This document shows, piece after piece, positions 16,643 to 25,466 of a stretch of 32,000 bases of DNA. Positions within the stretch are counted from its first letter, which is position 1. Every line of letters begins with the position of its first letter. The position numbers were made by a program, and so were the translations under genes. The DNA is from Propionibacteriaceae bacterium. GTDB lineage: Bacteria; Actinomycetota; Actinomycetes; Propionibacteriales; Propionibacteriaceae. Below the pieces are notes generated by a model, which was not told where the DNA came from, made no database searches, and saw only the letters and a list, made by a program, of their open reading frames with translations. The DNA lies in assembly GCA_031256725.1 (NCBI GenBank), contig JAIRQE010000026.1, forward strand, positions 30,001-62,000, in the 5' to 3' direction.

Positions 16643-18109
16643 GTGATGGTTGAGCGTGATTCCTCGGTAGCAGCAGTCGTTTTGTTGGCTGCGGGTAGTG
16701 GTACTCGAATGAAGTCGTCCACATCCAAACTCTTGCATCCTCTGTGTGGGAAATCACTATTGTCATGGGCACTCGGTGCAGCTGAAGGGGTTGCACCGGA
16801 AAAACTTGTCGTCGTTGTCGGACACCTCAAGGAACAGGTTGAAGCCCACCTTAAAGAGGTGGCCCCCCATGCGCTCACTGCAGTACAGGAAACCCAAGAC
16901 GGTACAGGCCACGCAGTCCGCTGCGCAATGGAAACCATCGAAGGTGTGACTGGTGACATCGTTGTGACCTATGGTGATGTACCCATGTTGACGGGTGAAA
17001 CCCTGCGCCGCCTCGTGGGTGTACATCGCCGTGCCGGTAATGCTGTGACAGTGATGACATCGATCCTGGACAACCCTACCGGTTACGGAAGAATCCTTCG
17101 TTCAGGCAATGACATTACTGGGATCGTCGAGGAGCGCGACGCCGATGATGCCCAGAAGGCCATCAAGGAAACCAACTCGGGGATCTATATCTTTGATGCC
17201 ACCATCCTTCGTGATGGATTGGCCCAACTCAAACCCGATAATGATCAAAACCAGCTCTATCTCACCGATGTTGTTGGGTACGCTGTCCACAATGGTCATA
17301 AAGTTGGCGCCTATATCGAAACCGACAGATGGCAGACCGAGGGGATCAATGATCGCGCCCAACTCTCAGCCATGACTGCCGAACTTAATCGCAGGATCGT
17401 TACCGGCTGGATGCTTGAAGGGGTGACCATCATTGACCCCGCAACCACCTGGATTGAGGCCGGGGTCTCCATCGACCAAGATGTGGTGCTGTGGCCCGGT
17501 ACCATCCTGTGCGGAGCGACCTCCATCGCAAGCGGGGCAGTAATCGGGCCTGATACGCGCCTGACTGATGTCGAAGTTGGGGCTGGAGCCTCAGTGGTAC
17601 GAAGCGAAGCAATCCTTGCTGTTATTGGTGAGGATGCAAATGTGGGGCCTTTCTCGTACCTTCGTCCGGGGACTACCTTGGGCAGGGAGGGTAAGATCGG
17701 CGCCTATGTCGAAACAAAGAACGCCCAGATTGGGGATGATGCCAAGGTACCTCATTTGACCTATTGCGGGGATGCTGTTATTGGTGCGGGGACGAATATC
17801 GGCGCAGGAACGATTTTCGCGAACTATGACGGTACGACCAAGAGTGTCACGACCGTGGGTAGGAACGCTTTCGTTGGTTCGCAGTCTGTTTTGGTTGCGC
17901 CAGTCCACATTGGCGATGATGCTTTCGTCGCGGCAGGATCGGCGCTCACAGGTGATGTTGCGGAAGGGGAACTTGCGGTGGCTCGCGGCAGGCAACGCAA
18001 TATCGCCGGCTGGGTGACCGCTTTCAGAGATCGTACGCGCGGCAAAAAGGCCGCATCCCCCGCGCCTACCCAGGGCGAGGGTACGTCAACCTCAACTGAC
18101 AAGGAGTGA
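16643..18109 (+). CDS. glmU: bifunctional UDP-N-acetylglucosamine pyrophosphorylase / glucosamine-1-phosphate N-acetyltransferase
   Basis: LAAGSGTRMKS nucleotidyltransferase motif. C-terminal hexapeptide-repeat (left-handed beta-helix) region. Pro/Ser/Thr tail. Confidence 0.95.
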   Translation: MMVERDSSVAAVVLLAAGSGTRMKSSTSKLLHPLCGKSLLSWALGAAEGVAPEKLVVVVGHLKEQVEAHLKEVAPHALTAVQETQDGTGHAVRCAMETIEGVTGDIVVTYGDVPMLTGETLRRLVGVHRRAGNAVTVMTSILDNPTGYGRILRSGNDITGIVEERDADDAQKAIKETNSGIYIFDATILRDGLAQLKPDNDQNQLYLTDVVGYAVHNGHKVGAYIETDRWQTEGINDRAQLSAMTAELNRRIVTGWMLEGVTIIDPATTWIEAGVSIDQDVVLWPGTILCGATSIASGAVIGPDTRLTDVEVGAGASVVRSEAILAVIGEDANVGPFSYLRPGTTLGREGKIGAYVETKNAQIGDDAKVPHLTYCGDAVIGAGTNIGAGTIFANYDGTTKSVTTVGRNAFVGSQSVLVAPVHIGDDAFVAAGSALTGDVAEGELAVARGRQRNIAGWVTAFRDRTRGKKAASPAPTQGEGTSTSTDKE

Positions 18110-19086
18110 TTGTGTCCGACCTTCACAAGAAAGATATCAAGCATTTGATGCTTTTTGCTGGAAGGTCGCACCCTCATCTCGCGACCGAGATTGCTGATTT
18201 GCTTGGTACAAAGCTTGTACCTTCTCGGACGGTCACCTATGCCAACTCCGAGATCTATGTTCGCTTTGAGGAGTCTGTACGAGGCTGTGATGCCTTTGTG
18301 ATCCAGGCCCACACGGCGCCGGTCAACGACTGGCTCATGGAGCAACTGGTCATGGTCGATGCGCTCAAGAGAGCTTCAGCCAAGCGGATCACCGTTGTAT
18401 CCCCCTTCTATCCCTATGCCCGTCAGGATAAGAAGCATGCTGGTCGCGAGCCGATTTCTGCCCGTCTGGTGGCCGACATGTTCCGGGTTGCTGGTGCCAC
18501 CCGCGTGATGAGTGTTGACCTGCATGCCTCCCAGATCCAGGGTTTCTTCGATGGTCCCGTTGACCACCTCTATGGTCTGCCGATCCTTGCTGATTATGTA
18601 CGAGAGAACTACGACATCGACAATTTTGTGGTCGTCTCTCCGGATGCTGGGCGTGTACGCATGGCCGACATGTGGTCTGATCGTCTGGGTTGCCCCCTAG
18701 CGATCATCCACAAGCGTCGAGATCCTTCCGTCGCCAACACAGTTTCGGTACACGAGGTGGTCGGTGAAGTTGAAGGAAAGACGTGTTTGCTGGTTGATGA
18801 CATGATCGATACTGCGGGTACGATCTGTTTGGCTGCTGAAGCCCTGAAGGTTCATGGGGCTGGCAAAGTGATTGCTGCTGCCACCCATCCTGTGTTGTCT
18901 GGGCCTGCTGCTGATCGTCTGAACAGGTCGGCTTTCGAGGAGGTCATCGTGACCAATACTCTGCCTATTGACCCGAAGGTTCAGATTGAGAAGATGACGG
19001 TCTTGTCGATTGCCCCACTTATCGCTAAAGCCATCAAGGAGGTCTTCCGAGATGGTTCAGTCGCTGCCCTTATGAATGATCAGTGA
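18106..19086 (+). CDS. prs: ribose-phosphate pyrophosphokinase
   Basis: VSPDAGRVRMA and PRPP loop LLVDDMIDTAGT. The start overlaps the glmU stop. This is the conserved glmU-prs pair. Confidence 0.95.
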   Translation: MIVSDLHKKDIKHLMLFAGRSHPHLATEIADLLGTKLVPSRTVTYANSEIYVRFEESVRGCDAFVIQAHTAPVNDWLMEQLVMVDALKRASAKRITVVSPFYPYARQDKKHAGREPISARLVADMFRVAGATRVMSVDLHASQIQGFFDGPVDHLYGLPILADYVRENYDIDNFVVVSPDAGRVRMADMWSDRLGCPLAIIHKRRDPSVANTVSVHEVVGEVEGKTCLLVDDMIDTAGTICLAAEALKVHGAGKVIAAATHPVLSGPAADRLNRSAFEEVIVTNTLPIDPKVQIEKMTVLSIAPLIAKAIKEVFRDGSVAALMNDQ

Positions 19087-19901
19087 TTTGTCCCCACCTC
19101 GTTTCTGTGATCGATGAGTCGGTCGAGTACCATTGCAACCCCGTCTTCATCGAAGGATCCAGTGACCTCGTCTGCTATGTCAAGTACTGGGGCAGGAGCC
19201 TCAGCCATGGCCACTCCTTGACCTGCCCAACGTAGGAGTTCGATGTCGTTGTAGTCGTCCCCGATAGCTAGGATCTCTGATTGGTTGAGATCCAGGATTG
19301 AGGCCAACTCGATGGCTGCGGAGCCCTTGGAAACACCACTTGGCATGAGATCAAGCCAGGCTTCCTCCTTCCACATGACAGAGTCGATTCCTGGGGGTAA
19401 TTCGATGTTTAGGATGATGGGGAGAAGATCATCGGGGCCCATGTCTGGCCACCTGAGTATGACCTTCGTTGATTTTTCTTTCAGGATTTCGTCTAGGGAA
19501 ACGATCTTTTCGTTTGTAAGCTCACCTGAAGGAAAGGGTTCAGAACTGAGATAATGGTCGCCCTGCCAGGAGGCGACCAGCCCACCTGGGATGGCATTGA
19601 GAATAGTGTGTACGGCTTCTCCAGGATTAAAGAAGTCTTGTCGAACTATCTCGACTCCACTGGGTAAGGATTTTGAGTATCTCGCAATGACTGATCCTGT
19701 ACTGCAGATGGCCCAGGCTTCATCAAGGTCGAGATCGCGTACGATCGTGTGAAGGCTGAGGGGGCATCGTCCAGTTGCGAACCCGAAACCTATACCAGCT
19801 TCGATTGTACGGTGGATGGATTCACGTACCCGTGGGGTCACAAGCGCAGTGATGCTTCCAGCTAGGGTTCCATCAACATCACAGAGTACGAAACGAATCA
19901 T
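19080..19901 (-). CDS. Cof-type HAD-IIB phosphatase
   Basis: Motif I DVDGTL and motif IV GDDYNDIELL. Convergent with prs, with a 7-nt overlap. Confidence 0.85.
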   Translation of the reverse strand: MIRFVLCDVDGTLAGSITALVTPRVRESIHRTIEAGIGFGFATGRCPLSLHTIVRDLDLDEAWAICSTGSVIARYSKSLPSGVEIVRQDFFNPGEAVHTILNAIPGGLVASWQGDHYLSSEPFPSGELTNEKIVSLDEILKEKSTKVILRWPDMGPDDLLPIILNIELPPGIDSVMWKEEAWLDLMPSGVSKGSAAIELASILDLNQSEILAIGDDYNDIELLRWAGQGVAMAEAPAPVLDIADEVTGSFDEDGVAMVLDRLIDHRNEVGTNH

Positions 19902-19954
19902 TATGGAAGTCTATCTTCTGTACGGGTCTGATCCCTGAGTTCTCGTGGTACACG

Positions 19955-19988
19955 AATGACGGTCATGAAGTAATGACGGTCATGAAGT
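19955..19988. promoter_or_regulatory. Exact tandem duplication of a 17-mer (AATGACGGTCATGAAGT x2), each containing the palindrome ATGAC-G-GTCAT; candidate double operator
   Basis: Read directly from the sequence. It lies in the divergent HAD/upp intergenic region, 54-87 nt upstream of the HAD start. A partial third half-site (ACCGTCAT) follows. Confidence 0.45.
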
Positions 19989-20047
19989 ACCGTCATCCTG
20001 TGCTCGGTCGCAGGGTCGAGGGGAATGTACCTTTGTTCTTGCTGGAT

Positions 20048-20157
20048 GGGAAGGGTGGGAGACACCTCTCCTGGACACACTTACGGAGTCTATTCCCTGT
20101 GGAATTGACTCCTTCGTTCGGGGGGACGTCCCAGAAGAGGTGCCTCCCACCCTTTCC
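20048..20157 (+). promoter_or_regulatory. About 110-nt structured element in the upp 5' leader (candidate attenuator or regulatory RNA)
   Basis: 21-nt arms GGGAAGGGTGGGAGACACCTC (20048-20068) and GAGGTGCCTCCCACCCTTTCC (20137-20157) pair at 20/21 positions, including one G-U. An inner hairpin GGAGTC...GACTCC is present. The 3' side contains GUCCCAGAAGAGGUG, which only loosely resembles the PyrR-binding consensus. Confidence 0.4.
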
Positions 20158-20321
20158 GATTTTGGGAAGTTACGGCGGCTGAATCAACTCAGATTTGGTC
20201 CAAGATTCATAATTCTCTTTGGGGAGGCATCTGGCGTGTTGGTATTGTGAAGTTAGGGGTCGGGCCGGGGAATTCATGGCACGTTGTTCCCAACAACCAT
20301 GAAGTGTGCAAAGCTGGACCT

Positions 20322-20963
20322 GTGGAATTGCGTGTAATCGACCACCCTTTGGTGGCTCACAAGCTCTCGCTTCTTCGAGAGAAGACAACCCCCTCACCAA
20401 TGTTTCGTCAGCTCGTTGAAGAGTTGGTGACCTTGCTTGCGTACGAGGTCACCCGCGACGTACGTACGGAACCCTGTCAGGTCATCACTCCTGTGGCGCC
20501 CACGATGGGGTTGCATCTATCCAAACCCCGACCCTTAGTGGTACCCATCCTTCGGGCCGGCTTGGGCATGCTTGAAGGAATGACCCGCCTCATGCCTTCT
20601 GCGGAGGTCGGCTTCGTAGGAATGGTACGAGATGAGACCACTCTTCAGCCGTTTACCTATGCTGAGCGTCTCCCCAAGGATCTGACTGGGCGCCAATGTT
20701 ATGTCCTGGATCCCATGCTCGCCACAGGCGGCTCCCTTGGGGGAACGGTACAATTCCTGCGCGATCGCGGAGCCGATGACATTACAGCTGTATGTCTGCT
20801 GGCAGCACCCGAGGGTGTCGAGTACATCACCAATCTCACCAAGGATCTGGGTGTACCCTTTACCCTAGTTGTGGCTGCTGTGGATGAACGCCTCAACGAA
20901 AACGGGTACATCGTCCCTGGGCTTGGGGATGCTGGCGACCGACTCTACGGCCTGGCTGAATAA
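20322..20963 (+). CDS. upp: uracil phosphoribosyltransferase
   Basis: [12 protein letters not shown]-terminus, PRPP loop [13 protein letters not shown], and C-terminal [18 protein letters not shown] 20322 gives the usual ~213 aa. The ORF is open from GTG 20247, so the start is uncertain. Confidence 0.92.
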   Translation: MELRVIDHPLVAHKLSLLREKTTPSPMFRQLVEELVTLLAYEVTRDVRTEPCQVITPVAPTMGLHLSKPRPLVVPILRAGLGMLEGMTRLMPSAEVGFVGMVRDETTLQPFTYAERLPKDLTGRQCYVLDPMLATGGSLGGTVQFLRDRGADDITAVCLLAAPEGVEYITNLTKDLGVPFTLVVAAVDERLNENGYIVPGLGDAGDRLYGLAE

Positions 20964-20988
20964 CAAGGGACCTCGCATAAATGGTGAT

Positions 20989-21014
20989 GTGTCAGGAGAT
21001 ACGTCCCCTGACAC
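20989..21014. repeat. 26-bp hairpin repeat, copy C (GTGTCAGGAGATACGTCCCCTGACAC), 26 nt after the upp stop; possible terminator
   Basis: Same element as at 4345-4370 (inverted) and 4432-4451. 8-bp stem with a 10-nt loop and no U-tract. Confidence 0.8.
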
Positions 21015-21202
21015 TCCTTGATTCTGTGATACGGAAACATGGCTAAACAAAGTCAGTACCCACCTCCTGGTGTAGGAAGGTGGGGAGTGGGTAGAATCGA
21101 TGGTAACGATTTGGTAACGGGCAGTATCCGTTGGAGACTGGGCCTATGCTGAATTGAACAGACCTGCAAAGATAGTAATGCTTGGCGTAGCAAGGAGGAA
21201 AG

Positions 21203-21874
21203 ATGGCCGCATGGGACCCGGACGACATGGCCGACGAGGTTCTTGACGATGATCTCGACTCTGAGGACGAGTTTGATGACGAGGATTCTGAGGACGCTGA
21301 TCCAGAAGACGAGGATGACGACCTGGATGAAGCTGACTTCGATGACGAAGACGATGAGGATGACGAACTCGAAGATGCCGACGATGACGAGATCGATTTC
21401 TGTATAGCTCTCTATCGCGAGGATGGAGTACCAACAGGCGTGGCCTTGGAGCCTGAGTTGGCCAATGATTTCGAGGGTCTCATTGATCATCTGCAGAGGA
21501 TTCCCGGGGATGCGGGGGCCTTGGGTTTGATCTCACTTGAGGGGGATGTACTCGTGGCTGTACGGGTACGCGGGGCCCGGCATGTGCAAGTCTTCGTCTC
21601 GGATGCGTACTTTGTTGACACCTGGCCGCTGGTTCGCGATGCGATCGACTTCCTGGGTCTTGATAACGGTGACGTGCCTGAGGAGGGTCTCGTTGGGGAT
21701 CTCGGAATGTTCGCTGATCAGGGTGTCTCCGAAATGGATCTTGAAGCCATGTTCATGGATGCTGATGAGATGACAAGCGAAGACGTAGCCGAGAAGGTTG
21801 CCGAGGGCATGAGGTTCGGTAAGGCCTTCCGCAAGGCCGTTGATGACTACTGGGATCTTGAGGATGAAGCCTGA
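21203..21874 (+). CDS. acidic protein of the actinobacterial 'tRNA adenosine deaminase-associated' type
   Basis: About 65-aa Asp/Glu-rich N-terminus, followed by a conserved-looking core (FCIALYREDG...LISLEGDVLVAVRVRG...VFVSDA). This matches my memory of that family. No tadA follows it here. Confidence 0.6.
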   Translation: MAAWDPDDMADEVLDDDLDSEDEFDDEDSEDADPEDEDDDLDEADFDDEDDEDDELEDADDDEIDFCIALYREDGVPTGVALEPELANDFEGLIDHLQRIPGDAGALGLISLEGDVLVAVRVRGARHVQVFVSDAYFVDTWPLVRDAIDFLGLDNGDVPEEGLVGDLGMFADQGVSEMDLEAMFMDADEMTSEDVAEKVAEGMRFGKAFRKAVDDYWDLEDEA

Positions 21875-21888
21875 GCCTGTACTGTACC

Positions 21889-22239
21889 GTGGGTACTGAG
21901 ATATCGGCTCGGTTTGCAGAACGCATACTGGTCATCTGTGGTCGTTGTGGACATCCTGGGGTTGCGGGAGGTGCAGACAAGCGTTTCGTGTGATGTACCA
22001 ATTGTGAGAGCCTGCCCTCAAAGAGACTGGCTGGACGACATCATGAAGAGACTGTTTACTGGGGGGTGGAGTTGCTATTAAAGGTACGTACGCGCCACGG
22101 GTATCTATGGGTCCTTAATGAGGAGCATCTGGCCCAAATGAAGGCTTTAGTGGGTGTCAAGGTACGAGTGGACACCCCAGGGGATTACCATTCGGGATGC
22201 TGCTGTTATTCGGCTCCCTGGTGGAAGGTACTTCCATGA
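21889..22239 (+). pseudogene. possible decayed gene: Cys4 zinc-ribbon ORF interrupted by an in-frame TGA (21991-21993)
   Basis: Translation: VGTEISARFAERILVICGRCGHPGVAGGADKRFV*CTNCESLPSKRLAG...LWVLNEEHLAQMKALVGVKVRVD. The stop falls between the two CxxC pairs. No family recognised. Confidence 0.3.
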
Positions 22240-22423
22240 TGGATCACCTCCGCAAAACACCGTGACGAGGTACTGAGGGGGGCTTGGGGAAACTTGAGGA
22301 GATGGTACATGGTCAGCCCTAGAACGAGGCGTGGCCAGCCAGTCCAAAAAATGTCGGACCTCCCTTGTAGGCTGATTATTCATAAACTACCGTTGTGAAC
22401 AGCGTAGATGGAGGTGGGGCTTT

Positions 22424-24835
22424 ATGGATATAAAGGACTGGATCTGGGAGCAGGTCGCTGCTGATCAGGAGTTATCTGAGAAGGCTCAATGGCTTATTGT
22501 TGCCGCAGTGGAAGGTGACGCGGAGTTTGCTGCGGTTGTTGGGGGTGAGACTCCGCAGAAACCAGTCTCGACCCAGGTAGTCGCTGATCCGAAGAGAGCG
22601 TTCCTCAAGACGATAGTAGTTGAGGGGTTTCGCGGGATTGGCCCCAAATCCAAACTGGAACTCACCCCAGCGCCAGGGTTAACAGTTGTTGCTGGTCGCA
22701 ATGGCTCAGGTAAGTCTAGTTTTGCGGAAGCGGTTGATATTGCCCTGCGAGGGCGCAGCGAACGTGGAAAAAAGCGTCCAACTCTAGGTGATGATCAGTG
22801 GAGGAACTTGCATCACGCCAAGCCCTCTATTGAGGTTCAAACGGTGTTAGAGGGTGCAGGGTTGACGACTCTGGGCGTGCAGTGGAGTGAGAATGCTGGT
22901 CTGGATGAGTGTCAGAGGTGGACCCAGGAGTTGTCCCAAAAGCGTGTTGCAGGAGCAGAGACTCTGGGCTGGAATCAAGCACTTGAACTGTATACGCCGA
23001 CCTTGTCTTATGACGAGTTGGGTGGAGTCTTTGATAGGAATCCCTCTCAGTTCCATGACGCATTGGAGGCTTTCCTAGGGCTGGCACAGGTGACGGAAGC
23101 AACCAAGAGATTGAACAACTACGTGAAGGCTGTGAGTGAGCCATCTACCAGATTGAGGGCTGCGACGTCGAGAGTCAAGGCAGCCTTGAGTGGTGTCGAT
23201 GACGAGCGGGCGAGTACGACTCTCACAGTCATCTCCTCTCGCGCTCCAGATATCGAGGTCGTACGTACGCTCTTGGCGGGAGGAAGTGGTAGTGCTGATC
23301 CTAGGGTGAGTGCTCTAGAAAGACTTGCCACCTATGTACTACCCGACTGGAGTCTTGTGGTGTCCGCCCTGGCTGAGGTACAAAGCGCGGAAAACAATCT
23401 CAAGGAAGCCTTAGTCAAGACTGGGGATATTGGAATGGATGCTCATGACCTCTTGATTGGCGCGTTGGCCTATCACCAGGATCACGGTGATGGTCTGTGT
23501 CCTGTGTGCGGCCAAGGCCAGTTAGGTCAGGAATGGGCACAGAAGGCCCAAGAGACCGTGGAAGCCAGCAAGGCTGTTCGCCAATCGGTATCCGAGGCGA
23601 GACAGAGGCGTACACAGGCTGATAGGGGCTGGGTCAACTGCCAACCTATGACTCCACGGCTAGAGGGTGTCCAGGATGTGCTGAATGTTGAGAGCTTGGC
23701 TTCAGCTGTACAAGCCTGGCAGGAGGTGGCTAAGCATCCATGTGAGGTAACAGTGGAGGACGCTGGTCGTGTGTACGAAATCTTCAGGGTCGAAGCAGTC
23801 GCTGTTGTGGGCAGGGCTCAAGAGGAGGCCCGATCTCGGCAAAACAAATGGGCAGAGGTTGTTCAGCATGTCGCTGAATGGTTGAGCGCTTATGAGGCTG
23901 CCGAGAATGGGCGGGATACCTTGGCTAGAGCAAAGGAAGCCCATGAATGGCTTAAAACCAATGGCGAGAAACTACGCAATAGTCGACTAGAGCCCTTGAC
24001 TGAAGAATCTCGAAGGATTTGGTCCAAACTGAAGCAGCAAAGCAATGTTGATCTAGGGGCAATCACCTTGGAGGGTTCAGCCAACCGCCGTCGCGTGGAT
24101 TTACGGGCACGGGTTGATGATTCTGACGAAACTGGAGTGGCGGTTATGAGTCAGGGTGAATTGCATGCTCTGGCGTTGTCATTGTTCATTCCTAGGGCGA
24201 ATAGTGATGCAAGCCCTTTCGGGTTCATTATCTTTGATGATCCCATTCAGGCGATGGATCCCAGCAAGATCGACGGGCTTATTGACGTACTTTCTGATTT
24301 AGCGCGTACCCGTCAGGTTGTGGTCTTCTCCCACGATGATCGACTCCCAGATGCACTACGCCGATCATCTGTCGAGGCGAGGCTCGTGGAAATCGTTCGG
24401 GGAAAGAACTCTGTTGTCAGTGTGAGTGATCTCAGTAATCCGTCTCAAAGATACATCGATGAGGCGCGAGCCGTCTTGCTGGAGTCACACTTGACAACGC
24501 AGGACATGATGCGGGTGATCCCTGGGTTATGTCGGCATGCTTTGGAATCTCAATGCAAGGACATGTTTTATGTACGCTTGCTTGGTTCGGGTTCCTCACG
24601 TGATGAGGTCGAGAAGATGTGGAATGATGCCCACAAGACCAGTACGCGGCTCATGCTGGCAGTCGATAAGGACCAGGATGGCCTCAATCGTTGGCGCAGT
24701 ACTAACACCCTAGTCAATCGTGCCTTGGGGATATGTACCTCGGGTTTCCACAAAGGTTTAGAAAAGACCACCCCTGAAGATGCGATCAGGACTGTGGATA
24801 GGCTTATCGACCACTTGAAGGCCATGAGATTATGA
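22424..24835 (+). CDS. SMC/Rad50/RloC-like ABC ATPase with coiled-coil insert, CPVCG zinc hook and an extra ~130-aa C-terminal helical domain
   Basis: Walker A GRNGSGKS (aa 91-98), signature MSQGE (575-579), Walker B FIIFDD (601-606), H-loop FSHDD. About 470 helix-prone residues lie between the head halves, with C359-P-V-C362-G at the midpoint. The C-terminal domain spans aa 674-803 and carries R704-x3-E708 ... H776. GGAGGTG Shine-Dalgarno sits 7 nt upstream. Confidence 0.85.
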   Translation: MDIKDWIWEQVAADQELSEKAQWLIVAAVEGDAEFAAVVGGETPQKPVSTQVVADPKRAFLKTIVVEGFRGIGPKSKLELTPAPGLTVVAGRNGSGKSSFAEAVDIALRGRSERGKKRPTLGDDQWRNLHHAKPSIEVQTVLEGAGLTTLGVQWSENAGLDECQRWTQELSQKRVAGAETLGWNQALELYTPTLSYDELGGVFDRNPSQFHDALEAFLGLAQVTEATKRLNNYVKAVSEPSTRLRAATSRVKAALSGVDDERASTTLTVISSRAPDIEVVRTLLAGGSGSADPRVSALERLATYVLPDWSLVVSALAEVQSAENNLKEALVKTGDIGMDAHDLLIGALAYHQDHGDGLCPVCGQGQLGQEWAQKAQETVEASKAVRQSVSEARQRRTQADRGWVNCQPMTPRLEGVQDVLNVESLASAVQAWQEVAKHPCEVTVEDAGRVYEIFRVEAVAVVGRAQEEARSRQNKWAEVVQHVAEWLSAYEAAENGRDTLARAKEAHEWLKTNGEKLRNSRLEPLTEESRRIWSKLKQQSNVDLGAITLEGSANRRRVDLRARVDDSDETGVAVMSQGELHALALSLFIPRANSDASPFGFIIFDDPIQAMDPSKIDGLIDVLSDLARTRQVVVFSHDDRLPDALRRSSVEARLVEIVRGKNSVVSVSDLSNPSQRYIDEARAVLLESHLTTQDMMRVIPGLCRHALESQCKDMFYVRLLGSGSSRDEVEKMWNDAHKTSTRLMLAVDKDQDGLNRWRSTNTLVNRALGICTSGFHKGLEKTTPEDAIRTVDRLIDHLKAMRL

Positions 24836-25176
24836 GCAGCGAACATCTGATTGAACAGGCTCAGAAGATCCTTGATGGTTCATCCAGTCTTCCTGGGGTT
24901 AAGATTCGCTTGTCCCTGTGGTATGCACGGGCCGCTTTAGAGGAGTACACAGTTGCTCGACTGGATGGCATTGTGAGTTGTGACCCCGCGGACATGACCA
25001 TGGCTAGTCGTCTCATCTTCCTCAAAGAACTCAATCCCGATGTGGGTCAGCCAGCAAGTTATGCATGGTGGGCATTGAGTCGGGCCTGCCACTACCACGC
25101 ATTTGAGTTAACTCCCACCCAAGAGGAAGCTGAGCATTTGGTGGGGATCGTTGCGAGGGTTTGCGGAACACGGTGA
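24832..25176 (+). CDS. 114-aa helical protein, free-standing paralogue of the C-terminal domain of the upstream ATPase
   Basis: ATGA start/stop overlap with the ATPase gene. Residues 3-37 align without gaps to ATPase residues 674-708, with 10/35 identical including R-x-A-L-E. A second shared block lies near the C-terminus (A-L..C..H...L..T-P..E). Confidence 0.65.
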   Translation: MSSEHLIEQAQKILDGSSSLPGVKIRLSLWYARAALEEYTVARLDGIVSCDPADMTMASRLIFLKELNPDVGQPASYAWWALSRACHYHAFELTPTQEEAEHLVGIVARVCGTR

Positions 25177-25391
25177 GTACTTGGATGGCTAAGACCTTTA
25201 CTGAAGGGATATACATGAGTTGAGGATTTTATTCTTTGGTGGGGAATACCTGAATCGGTTTTCCTGGATTTAGAATGCAATATGTGTCTACGGGATCATG
25301 CCGGAATCTGTGAAAAGTGGTGGCTAACCTGGGTTGTGGGCTAGACTTTCCTGCGGTCGTATTGCGACTCCCCACGTGAAAACCAGGGGAT

Positions 25392-25466
<75 letters not shown>

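Noticed and set aside
16414-16959. 181-aa minus-strand ORF
   Set aside because: It overlaps tRNA-Gln at one end and the glmU 5' region at the other. No motif is present and the composition is implausible.
20128-20144. Calling a bona fide PyrR-binding site upstream of upp
   Set aside because: GUCCCAGAAGAGGUG differs from the consensus by insertions. It is kept only as a low-confidence hypothesis within the structured-leader finding.
21053-21490. 145-aa and 96-aa minus-strand ORFs opposite the acidic protein gene
   Set aside because: They are mirror images of the GAT/GAC/GAG-rich tract, giving low-complexity Ile/Val/Leu or Arg/His/Pro runs. The plus-strand frame has a conserved-looking globular core.
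21875-22423. Search for tadA directly downstream of the deaminase-associated protein
   Set aside because: No HAE or PCxxC deaminase motif appears in any forward frame. tadA is not called here.
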